Shown: positions 17,212 to 25,771 of the stretch, piece after piece | Layout of the letters: the number at the start of each line of letters is the position of its first letter | How positions within the stretch are numbered: position 1 is the stretch's first letter | Source of the DNA: a virus | Lineage: Duplodnaviria; Caudoviricetes | IMG/VR virus record: IMGVR_UViG_2595698595_000001 | Coordinates: 155,373 to 219,372 of that record | DNA length: 64,000 nucleotides | Strand: one strand, 5' to 3' | Position numbers and translations under genes: made by a program | Notes under the pieces: model-generated | What the model was told of the DNA's origin: nothing | The model's database searches: none | What the model saw: only the letters and a program-made list of their open reading frames with translations

Positions 17212-19794
17212 ATGAACAATCCTTGGATTTTACTTAACAACCAGCTGTTAAATCGAGCTGAAGGAACAATCGATTTAGAAAAAGACAAAGAAGCCGCGAG
17301 ACAATTCTTCCTAGGATATGTAAACAAGAATATGGTTTGGTTCCATTCGTTACATGAGAAACTATGTCATTTGGTTAACGAAGGTTACTATTTCGATATG
17401 TTTCAGAATTACGAATATGAAGAAATCAAGGAGGTATTTTCATTCGTATATTCTAAGAAATTTCGTTTCCAATCGTATATGGCTGCATTCTTATTTTACA
17501 AGAACTATGCAATGCGTGATGGAGAAACAGATCAATTCTTTGAAAGATATGAAGATCGTATAGCTACAGTAGCATTATATACTTCAATTGATCTTAAAAC
17601 TGGTAAAGGTGATTTACAAAAAGCTTTAGCACAAGCTGAAATCATGATTAATCAGGAATATCAACCTGCTACCCCGACATTCTCAAACGCTGGAAAACTT
17701 AAAGGTGGTGAATTGGTATCATGTTTCTTAGATGAAATCGGTGATTCTAAAGTTGGAATATCCAAATCTATTCAAGCCGCATTGGATTTATCTTCGATGG
17801 GTGGAGGTGTATCGTTTAACGTATCTAAATTACGTGCACGTGGTGAAGCTATTAAAGGAATCGACGGAAGAGCTTCAGGTGTTTTACCAGTAATGAAAAT
17901 CCTTGAAGATGCTTTTTCATATGCTAATCAATTAGGACAACGTCCAGGTGCTGGAGCTGCTTATATCAATATCTTCCATTCAGATGTTGAAGAATTTCTA
18001 GATTCTAAGAAAATCAACGCTGACGAAAAATCACGTCTTAAATCGCTTTCGTTAGGTGTTATCGTTCCTGACAAATTCATGGAATTAGCTGAGAAGGATG
18101 AACCATTTTATGTTTTCTATCCATATACAGTTAAGAAAGAATACGGTAAACATCTAGATGATTTGGATATCGATACAATGTATTCCGAATTAGTTTCTAA
18201 TCCTAATGTTAAGAAACGTAAGTTAAATGCTAGACGTATGTTAACTAAGATTGCACAAGTTCAGAAAGAATCAGGTTATCCATATTTCTTCTTGAAAACT
18301 AATGCTAACGAATATCATCCTTTGAAGAATTTGGGAGACGTTAAGTTTTCTAATTTATGTTTTACTGGTGATACTTTAGTTAACATAATTACTAGAGATG
18401 GTCAATATGTTAAACGTACTATTGAAGATTTATCTACAAATTTCGATCATGAAAAAGAAGGATGTATAACAGTACAGGGTGCGTATTGGTCCGATGATAA
18501 AGGTCAATGGGACTATGAATGGTTTTATGCTACAGCTTTCCAGACAGGTTGGAAAAAAGTAATAAAACTTGAACTATCTAACGGTGGTAATATAAAATGT
18601 ACACCCAATCATGAAATAGCTACAATTCATGGAAAGTATGTCAAGGCTTCAGAATCGATTGGTTCTATTTTAGCTTCAGATTCTAATAATGTATATGTAA
18701 CTGATATTAAAGAATTAAACGAATGTGTTCCAGTGTACGATTTGAATGTACAAGGCCCCCATAATTTTACTATTTCTGTAAGTGATAACGAATCGGTTTT
18801 AGTTCATAACTGTACCGAAATCATGCAATATTCAGAAGTGTCAGAATACAATGATTACGATAAGCAACATAACGATAAAATCAATTACGGTATTTCATGT
18901 AACTTAGGTTCTCTAAACATCGCAACTGTTATGAAGAATTCTAAAGATACTAATCGTTTCGAAAGGATCATAAGTACTGCAATGGATTCTTTAACTCATG
19001 TAACTGATCGAACTAACATTGCTGCTGTTCCTGCTATTGCTAGAGCTAACAAACATTTCAGGTCTGTTGGATTAGGTGCTATGAATTTACATGGTTATCT
19101 TGCACAAAATGAAATCATGTTCGAATCTGATGAAGCTTTAGATTTCGTTAATGTATTCTTCGGAATGGTAAATTACTATTCATTGAAACGTTCCATGGAA
19201 ATTAGTAGAGAACGTGATTGTGACACTTTCGAAGGATTTGATGAATCTGAATATGGAAATGGTAAGTACTTTGACAGATACATAGATAACTTCAATCTAG
19301 AACCTAAATTCGATAAAACTAGTGAGTTATTCGAAGGTATCGAAATTCCAAGTTTACAAGATTGGGTTGACTTAAAGGATGATGTAATGAATTACGGTAT
19401 CTATCATGCATATCGTTTAGCTATTGCACCTAACCAGTCAACAGCTTACATTATGTCAGCCACTCCTTCGATAATGCCAATATCTGATCAAGTTGAAGTA
19501 CGTGAATATGATCATTCGACAACCTTTTATCCTATGCCTGGAATGAACGATGATAACATGTTCTTCTATAAATCAGCATACGATATGGATCAGTTTAAGG
19601 TATTACGTTTAGTATCAGTTATTCAACGTCATATCGATCAAGGAATTTCATGTATTTTACATACAAATTCTGAAGATGATACCGCATTAATGGCAAGATA
19701 TTACATCTACGCTTGGAAGATGAAACTGAAATCGTTGTATTATACACGAACTCGTAAATCCTCTATTGACGGATGTATATCCTGTTCAGCTTAA
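17212..19794 (+). CDS. nrdE: class Ib ribonucleotide reductase alpha subunit, intein-containing
   Basis: PATPTFSNAG, LVSCFL, QLGQRPGAGA, SNL-intein-CTEI, CNLGSLN, LAIAPN, C-terminal CISC. Confidence 0.95.
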   Translation: MNNPWILLNNQLLNRAEGTIDLEKDKEAARQFFLGYVNKNMVWFHSLHEKLCHLVNEGYYFDMFQNYEYEEIKEVFSFVYSKKFRFQSYMAAFLFYKNYAMRDGETDQFFERYEDRIATVALYTSIDLKTGKGDLQKALAQAEIMINQEYQPATPTFSNAGKLKGGELVSCFLDEIGDSKVGISKSIQAALDLSSMGGGVSFNVSKLRARGEAIKGIDGRASGVLPVMKILEDAFSYANQLGQRPGAGAAYINIFHSDVEEFLDSKKINADEKSRLKSLSLGVIVPDKFMELAEKDEPFYVFYPYTVKKEYGKHLDDLDIDTMYSELVSNPNVKKRKLNARRMLTKIAQVQKESGYPYFFLKTNANEYHPLKNLGDVKFSNLCFTGDTLVNIITRDGQYVKRTIEDLSTNFDHEKEGCITVQGAYWSDDKGQWDYEWFYATAFQTGWKKVIKLELSNGGNIKCTPNHEIATIHGKYVKASESIGSILASDSNNVYVTDIKELNECVPVYDLNVQGPHNFTISVSDNESVLVHNCTEIMQYSEVSEYNDYDKQHNDKINYGISCNLGSLNIATVMKNSKDTNRFERIISTAMDSLTHVTDRTNIAAVPAIARANKHFRSVGLGAMNLHGYLAQNEIMFESDEALDFVNVFFGMVNYYSLKRSMEISRERDCDTFEGFDESEYGNGKYFDRYIDNFNLEPKFDKTSELFEGIEIPSLQDWVDLKDDVMNYGIYHAYRLAIAPNQSTAYIMSATPSIMPISDQVEVREYDHSTTFYPMPGMNDDNMFFYKSAYDMDQFKVLRLVSVIQRHIDQGISCILHTNSEDDTALMARYYIYAWKMKLKSLYYTRTRKSSIDGCISCSA
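18358..18810 (+). mobile_element. mini-intein (151 aa) in NrdE
   Basis: Starts CFTGDT, block B CTPNHEI, ends VYDLNV...LVHN before the +1 Cys of CTEI; too short for a homing endonuclease. Confidence 0.9.
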
Positions 19795-19799
19795 AAACT

Positions 19800-19848
19800 A
19801 AACCCATGTAACTGAAACTTACATGGGTTTCTTAGTAAGATATACATA
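19800..19848 (+). repeat. hairpin-promoter element, type B, followed by TATACATA
   Basis: AAACCCATGTAA-CTGAAAC-TTACATGGGTTT; 19800-19837 identical to 21346-21383. Confidence 0.9.
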
Positions 19849-19865
19849 CTATTAAAAATAACTAA

Positions 19866-20543
19866 ATGAAAACACTTACTAAGATATACGAAAGTCTTTC
19901 ATAGATTAATGTCGGTGATTATGTAAAACTTACAGGATATGATAAAGATTACAGAGAAGCTGTAAGAGATTCTATAACACAAAATTTACTTGGTTTCGAA
20001 TTCAATGGTGATAGAATTGCATGGGTAGCTGCTGCTAAATACATAAACGATGCTGTAATGCAAGTTACAGGAATAGAAGATTCTAATTGGGGTGTTCGTG
20101 CTAATCTTGAATTGTCGACAGGTGTAAGTCCTGAGAAACGTAGAATGTCTATCCCTTTAACATTCTTATCACCTGCTTCAAAATCGGAAGTTAAATCATG
20201 GTATGACATGAAATTCGATGACTATATCAAAGAATATGGTACACCTAAAATTCTATCAGAAAAAGAATTTAAAGAAAGACAATCAGTACCAAGTTCTAAA
20301 ATGTTCCTAGTAACAAAACCATTTACGTTTAAAGGTAAACATGGTCAACTTAAATTCAGTAAGAATGATATAGCTAAATACTGGAATCAGAGTGGTAGTT
20401 TGGGTGACTTATTTACAGTAACTAATGTTACCACTGATAAATCTGATTCTAAAATGGAAACCGGTTATTCTGATACTCAAAATACTTCTGACAATCTTAA
20501 AGAATTGACTTATAAAGATTACGTAAAGTACATAAATAAATAA
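19866..20543 (+). pseudogene. putative internal head protein gene with in-frame TAG at codon 13 (pseudogene or read-through)
   Basis: ATG 19866 MKTLTKIYESLS*INVGDYVKL... continues in frame into the tracked ORF 20058-20543; TAG at 19902-19904. Confidence 0.65.
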
Positions 20544-20563
20544 TTGTTTTAGTATTTTTAAAA

Positions 20564-20607
20564 GAAACCCTCGGAAACTGAAACTTTCGAGGGTTTCGTA
20601 GTATAAT
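20564..20607 (+). repeat. hairpin-promoter element, type A
   Basis: 40 nt identical to 4573-4612, ending TAGTATAAT. Confidence 0.9.
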
Positions 20608-20635
20608 ATATACTAATAACAAATATATTTCAACT

Positions 20636-21340
20636 ATGAATACTATTTACAATCACCCATGTACTAATGAAGAACTTTTAACTATCGCTCTAGACAGAGT
20701 TAACTCTAACATTAAAGGAAAATGGCTTCATGTTTCAAGTCAATTCAATAACTTTGACAATGATTTTGAATACTATCTAGAAAAACCTATCTATACAGAA
20801 TTCAAAGACAAATACGGAAACATTAATACTGGTTATATTACTGTAATCGAATGTGAGAAATCACTATTCATTAATAAGTGGGAATTCAGTTTATTAGTAA
20901 TATCTTCAGAAGGTCATGACAAAACTGTTACAAAAACGAATTCAGGTTTTCATTATACGAAAACTGATAACATAAAAGATCATTATCTTTTCAATTCTAG
21001 AAATGCTGTTGTAAGCTGTTCTAAACGTAACACTTTAAACAAAGCTGATTGGGATTTAATCGTTAGCATAACTAAAACTTTGAAAGTTGACGATTTCTTA
21101 AATTCTGGAAATGTATCACCTGAAACTAAACGTGATATAGTTAATAACAGAATTACATCAGATGGTGGAAATGTTACCTTTCATGATCATGATGATTTGA
21201 TTCTTTTCACAGAACCGGATAATAGTAAGGTTTACACTTACTTAGATGTTGAACCTTCTGAAATGTTTCCAGATGGAAAACATAAGTTTCTAGCATCTAA
21301 CGAACAAATAGATATCGCTTACAATAAAATCGTAAAATAA
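20636..21340 (+). CDS. hypothetical protein
   Basis: Single gene bracketed by two hairpin-promoter elements. Confidence 0.65.
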   Translation: MNTIYNHPCTNEELLTIALDRVNSNIKGKWLHVSSQFNNFDNDFEYYLEKPIYTEFKDKYGNINTGYITVIECEKSLFINKWEFSLLVISSEGHDKTVTKTNSGFHYTKTDNIKDHYLFNSRNAVVSCSKRNTLNKADWDLIVSITKTLKVDDFLNSGNVSPETKRDIVNNRITSDGGNVTFHDHDDLILFTEPDNSKVYTYLDVEPSEMFPDGKHKFLASNEQIDIAYNKIVK

Positions 21341-21343
21341 ATC

Positions 21344-21387
21344 AGAAACCCATGTAACTGAAACTTACATGGGTTTCTTAGTATAAT
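21344..21387 (+). repeat. hairpin-promoter element, type B
   Basis: AGAAACCCATGTAA-CTGAAAC-TTACATGGGTTTCT then TAGTATAAT. Confidence 0.9.
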
Positions 21388-21416
21388 ATTTCTTTATCAA
21401 TGGTATATTAAACATC

Positions 21417-21791
21417 ATGAAATTCGAAACAGTTACATTAGGTATTTCAAATAAGGAAATCGAAAGTCTAAAGACTTATAATATAGACCCTCAAACAGAA
21501 CTTAAACGTAGACTTCTTGAAGAATTTGCAGCAGAGTTAGCTAATACTGAATTAGATTTGACAAAGGATCATATAGTCAAACTATCAGTTGAAGAATCTG
21601 AATATGTTAACTTTCATCACTTACAAGTTGGCGAAACCTATCATGTTGTAAATGGTTGTTGGGATTTCAAAGTTCTTGAATTACATGAAAAGTCTGTTAA
21701 GATTCTTATATACGATGGTGATGACACTGAAAAGACTTGGACTAGAAATGAATTTTCTTCTAACAACGTAACATTATCATCAAATGATTAA
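21417..21791 (+). CDS. hypothetical protein
   Basis: ORF after promoter. Confidence 0.6.
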   Translation: MKFETVTLGISNKEIESLKTYNIDPQTELKRRLLEEFAAELANTELDLTKDHIVKLSVEESEYVNFHHLQVGETYHVVNGCWDFKVLELHEKSVKILIYDGDDTEKTWTRNEFSSNNVTLSSND

Positions 21792-22095
21792 ATTCGTAAA
21801 ATCTTTATTCGAACCTAAACCGTTCACTATCGAAACTCTTATAGCTGATTCAGACGGAACTTGGAATGTTTCTGTATCAAGATTATCAGAAAACTCTTAT
21901 TCGTATAAAGCTGCTGGATATTTCTTTAGTTCACATAATAACGAAATAATAGATATTGACAAAGTTAAGAAAGTCATGAAGAAATCTAGATGGGGTTATC
22001 TAGCAATTGAACGTGACGGTAAGATGAAAACATTTACAGATTCTGATAAAATTCGAGAGTTTCTTAAATCGAATGAACATTTAATTCAAAGATAA
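21784..22095 (+). CDS. hypothetical protein
   Basis: Overlap-coupled ORF. Confidence 0.6.
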   Translation: MIKFVKSLFEPKPFTIETLIADSDGTWNVSVSRLSENSYSYKAAGYFFSSHNNEIIDIDKVKKVMKKSRWGYLAIERDGKMKTFTDSDKIREFLKSNEHLIQR

Positions 22096-22442
22096 TGAAT
22101 ACAATATACTTTAGAGGTAAAGACATTTTAACAGGATCATGGGTTTACGGTTACTACTATAAACATAATGAAGTTCATGGTATATTTACACCCGGTCGAG
22201 GTTCTGAAAGAGTAACTTTAGAAACTGTTGGTCAACTAGTTTACGAATTAGATGATACTATGGTTTTCGTTGGTGATATTATGACTAATCCGAGAGGTCA
22301 GAAATTTGAAGTCGTAATATACGACAACTTACCTAGCCTTAAACCAATCGATAGACAACAGTATAATGCTATGTCTAACGGTTATATGCAGAACAAAACA
22401 TTGATTGGAAACAAATTCGATAATCCTGAATTACTTAAATAA
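22095..22442 (+). CDS. YopX-family protein
   Basis: IYFRGK..G.WVYG, ETVGQ, VFVGDI, IGNKFDNPELL. Confidence 0.8.
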   Translation: MNTIYFRGKDILTGSWVYGYYYKHNEVHGIFTPGRGSERVTLETVGQLVYELDDTMVFVGDIMTNPRGQKFEVVIYDNLPSLKPIDRQQYNAMSNGYMQNKTLIGNKFDNPELLK

Positions 22443-22675
22443 TGAAACCAGAAAATTTCGATATAGAAAAAGTAAAAGAACATTTACAAGGTACTTGCAT
22501 GTCTTTAGATGAAGGCTTATCAGACTTATATCCAGACATGGATCAGTTTGACTTAGAAATGTCAGATCATGAAGCTATAGACATGGAAATGTTTAGATGT
22601 GATGGTTGTGGATGGTGGTTTGATAACTCAGAAATGGGTGAAGAAGAATGTCAAGATTGTGAAGAAACAGAATAA
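22442..22675 (+). CDS. small acidic zinc-finger protein
   Basis: CDGCGWW...CQDC. Confidence 0.6.
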   Translation: MKPENFDIEKVKEHLQGTCMSLDEGLSDLYPDMDQFDLEMSDHEAIDMEMFRCDGCGWWFDNSEMGEEECQDCEETE

Positions 22676-22677
22676 AA

Positions 22678-23205
22678 ATGAAAAACGAATCAAAAACTAT
22701 ATCAGCTAAAGCTATAGCAACTGGAAAGGTTTATCATTCAGGTGAAAATAAATGCATCAGACTAAAAGATTTAACAATCGGGGAATTAGCTGACAAACTT
22801 AAAACTTCTTCAGATTTTCGAGATAATTCAGAATCGTATCATTTTCGCTTGTTCTCTGATAACGAAATTGAAATGATAAGGGATAATTATCCACATTTAT
22901 TAGAAGGTCATGAAGTTATCGACATACCCTTAGAAGTAGGTTACTGTGTGATTGATAGAGAAATTGATCAGTTATACAAGATTTATAGAAATGATATAAT
23001 ATCCGAAGAAGATGGAGAACTTTATACAGTTGTTAGAAAGTATAACGGTTCTAATCTTAAATCGATTATGAACGGATTTTCTTCTGAATTGTATTTTGTT
23101 AAATCCTCAAAACTTGAATTCATTTCTACCGAAGAACTTAGAAATCTTAGAAATCTTGGATATCATATGAAACATGATCGCGGTGATTCATATCTAGTTT
23201 GCTAG
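22678..23205 (+). CDS. hypothetical protein
   Basis: ORF in cluster. Confidence 0.6.
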   Translation: MKNESKTISAKAIATGKVYHSGENKCIRLKDLTIGELADKLKTSSDFRDNSESYHFRLFSDNEIEMIRDNYPHLLEGHEVIDIPLEVGYCVIDREIDQLYKIYRNDIISEEDGELYTVVRKYNGSNLKSIMNGFSSELYFVKSSKLEFISTEELRNLRNLGYHMKHDRGDSYLVC

Positions 23206-23236
23206 ATTATACATATTACTGATACTTATTTTTAAC

Positions 23237-24232
23237 ATGACCGATAAAAAATATACTGCTGTAAACTGGAACAATCCAGATAACGATTATGCCCAAATGT
23301 TCTGGGATCAAAATATTAAACAATTCTGGATCGATACAGAATATGTACCTTCTAACGATATAACTTCTTGGAAGTCGTTAGAACCTGAAATGAAGAAAAC
23401 ATACATGAGAGCTTTAGGAGGTCTTACATTACTTGACACTTTACAAAGTCATACAGGTATGCCTAAGATCATAGATCATATCGACTCTCTACAAAACAAA
23501 GCTGTATTATCGTATATGTGTATGATGGAAGCGATACATGCTAAATCATACTCAACGATATTTACAACAGTAGCTAATAAAGATGAAATCGATGAAATCT
23601 TTAGTTGGATAACTACAAACCCTCAGATTCAATATAAAGCTAGTGTTATCGATTCTTACTATCAAAAGTTAGCAAATCCTGAAGTCGATCCAAAGGATTT
23701 ATTCATGGGGTTAGCTGCATCAGTAATGTTAGAATCATTTCTATTTTATTCTGGATTCTTTTTACCATTATATCTTTCTGGTAACGGTAAGATGAAAGCT
23801 TCAGCTGATATCATTAAGAAAATCGTAGCTGATGAATCTATTCATGGTGTATTCGTTGGATTACTTGCACAAGAAGTTTACAACACTTTCGATGATACTA
23901 CAAAGAAAGAATTAAAAGATGAACTGTTAAGAACTATTTACAGTTTATACGAAAACGAAGCTAAGTATACTGATTACATTTATACCGAAGTTGGATTATC
24001 TTCAGATGTAAAAGAATACGTTAAATACAATGCTAATAAAGCTTTGATGAATCTTGGATTCGATCCAGAATTCACACATGGTGAAATAAATCCAATCGTA
24101 TTGAATGGACTTAACACCGAAACAACTCAACATGATTTCTTTTCTATGAAATCTACTAATTACGAAATGGCTATTAATGTAAAACCAGTACATAATGAAG
24201 ATTTCGAATTAGACTTAAGCTGTCCAATCTAG
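23237..24232 (+). CDS. nrdF: class Ib ribonucleotide reductase beta subunit
   Basis: AVNWN, QFW, LTLLDTLQ, MEAIHAKSYS, LESFLFYSGF, DESIHG, HDFFS. Confidence 0.95.
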   Translation: MTDKKYTAVNWNNPDNDYAQMFWDQNIKQFWIDTEYVPSNDITSWKSLEPEMKKTYMRALGGLTLLDTLQSHTGMPKIIDHIDSLQNKAVLSYMCMMEAIHAKSYSTIFTTVANKDEIDEIFSWITTNPQIQYKASVIDSYYQKLANPEVDPKDLFMGLAASVMLESFLFYSGFFLPLYLSGNGKMKASADIIKKIVADESIHGVFVGLLAQEVYNTFDDTTKKELKDELLRTIYSLYENEAKYTDYIYTEVGLSSDVKEYVKYNANKALMNLGFDPEFTHGEINPIVLNGLNTETTQHDFFSMKSTNYEMAINVKPVHNEDFELDLSCPI

Positions 24233-24276
24233 GCAAATTATCAATCGACGTTTTGGAACAACGTTCATATCCTTCG

Positions 24277-24318
24277 AACCCTTACATTAACTTGTAAGGG
24301 TTTTTCTGTTTATACATA
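24277..24318 (+). terminator. intrinsic terminator followed by late motif TATACATA (24311-24318)
   Basis: AACCCTTACA-TTAACT-TGTAAGGGTT then TTT. Confidence 0.75.
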
Positions 24319-24322
24319 ATCT

Positions 24323-25564
24323 ATGATAGGAATATTAAACGATAGTAATTTTTCTTTAGCTAGTCTTGATAACGTTCATAACTATGAACTTATGGTTAGG
24401 GCTATAGCTAATAAAACTGTAACACATCACGTTTCAGCAATTGAAAGATTCAAATCAAGCCCTTACGTAGACGATCCATTATTTCTAGGATATCGACCAC
24501 TGTTTCATTATACGGTAAATTCTGGATTATTAGCACCAGAGGAATTCACAGATTCAGCTTTAGCTTATCTGAAAAGAATCGGTGAGGAAACTAGATATGA
24601 AGCGTTAAAACAGTTTATCAGACAATTACAAAAAGTTAATGTCGATATGCCATACATGTTTCAAACTATCGAAGGGTTAGCAGAAGCTAAGAATAACTTC
24701 AATAAAACTATATTGAAAGAAAACAATATAATTTCTTTTGGTATGCTTGAAACTTTAGATATGCGAATTCAAGGATTGATTCAATCTTATCAAAACATAG
24801 CATATGATTCGATAAGACATGTATGGGTTCTTCCAAGAAATCTTAGACAATTTTCTATATCTATTGTCGTATATCCTATCGGTGTTTATAATGTTGGAAC
24901 TAATCTTGAAGCTGAATCAATCCCAAACGCTAAATCGGATGGAACTGGATTCAAGAAACCTGCTGACAATATTTTAGCGTTTAATCATTTAATGTTTGAA
25001 TTCGCTCAATGTGAATTCGATATTGAAAGTTCAGGGCAGACATTTATAGAAAGTGTTAATAACGCTGAGATAGAAATGGCTACAACTTCATTAGCTTTCA
25101 AATATACTAGAGTAAGACAATCCGGTGTATTCAAATCTTTACTTGGTCAAAAAGTAATATCACCTTCCTCTTTCGCTATCATAAATGCTGTAAAAGAAAA
25201 ACAATCAGGTAACAGAATTCTCAATTTTGTTAAGGATGCAGCAGCACCAGTTCTAAGAGATATAAATCAGTTAAAGGAAAGATTCAAATCGTTAGAAGAT
25301 TTCAAAGCTGGTTTCGGTGAACTATTTGGATCAGCTAGAGAATATCTTGAAAGGAACGCACAAGCCTTTCTAACGAATCAAATCAATAGATTATATCTTG
25401 GAAACGTTTACGAAACTTCACCCGCTGATATAGTAGCTATGGCTAATTCTAGAACATTTGAAAATCTATTGATAAATTCTGGAAGAGCCTTTAATAACGA
25501 TTCTAGACGTGGAACTTCTGGACAAGGTACACCACCAAACGAAAACATATATGGACAATCTTAA
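24323..25564 (+). CDS. putative virion structural protein (tail tube/baseplate-like)
   Basis: First gene of late module; no firm motif, positional inference. Confidence 0.4.
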   Translation: MIGILNDSNFSLASLDNVHNYELMVRAIANKTVTHHVSAIERFKSSPYVDDPLFLGYRPLFHYTVNSGLLAPEEFTDSALAYLKRIGEETRYEALKQFIRQLQKVNVDMPYMFQTIEGLAEAKNNFNKTILKENNIISFGMLETLDMRIQGLIQSYQNIAYDSIRHVWVLPRNLRQFSISIVVYPIGVYNVGTNLEAESIPNAKSDGTGFKKPADNILAFNHLMFEFAQCEFDIESSGQTFIESVNNAEIEMATTSLAFKYTRVRQSGVFKSLLGQKVISPSSFAIINAVKEKQSGNRILNFVKDAAAPVLRDINQLKERFKSLEDFKAGFGELFGSAREYLERNAQAFLTNQINRLYLGNVYETSPADIVAMANSRTFENLLINSGRAFNNDSRRGTSGQGTPPNENIYGQS

Positions 25565-25769
25565 TAATGCTTTAAATCGTTTACAGGAAAGTACTAAACG
25601 GTTAAATGCTTCATATGAATCAATAATAAAACGATTCGATGAATTAGATGAAAGTATTTCAGAATTGAAGAATCTAAATACTGAAATATTGTTCAAATCT
25701 GTAACTAAGTTACATGAAGTCGAAACAGAATTACATAAACAAATAACAGAAATCAAACAACTAATATAA
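25551..25769 (+). CDS. small coiled-coil protein (likely start ATG 25551)
   Basis: Heptad-rich sequence. Confidence 0.5.
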   Translation: MDNLNNALNRLQESTKRLNASYESIIKRFDELDESISELKNLNTEILFKSVTKLHEVETELHKQITEIKQLI

Positions 25770-25771
25770 AA

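Noticed and set aside
17354-17563. Alternative-frame ORF inside nrdE (likewise 57088-57270 inside the Rad50 region)
   Set aside because: Fully nested in conserved genes with no supporting signals
18358-18810. Homing endonuclease within the intein
   Set aside because: Only 151 aa; no LAGLIDADG or HNH motif visible
19902-19904. Genome-wide TAG reassignment (code 15)
   Set aside because: Very long ORFs are intact in the standard code, and TAG ends genes such as nrdF and the tail fibre just before terminators
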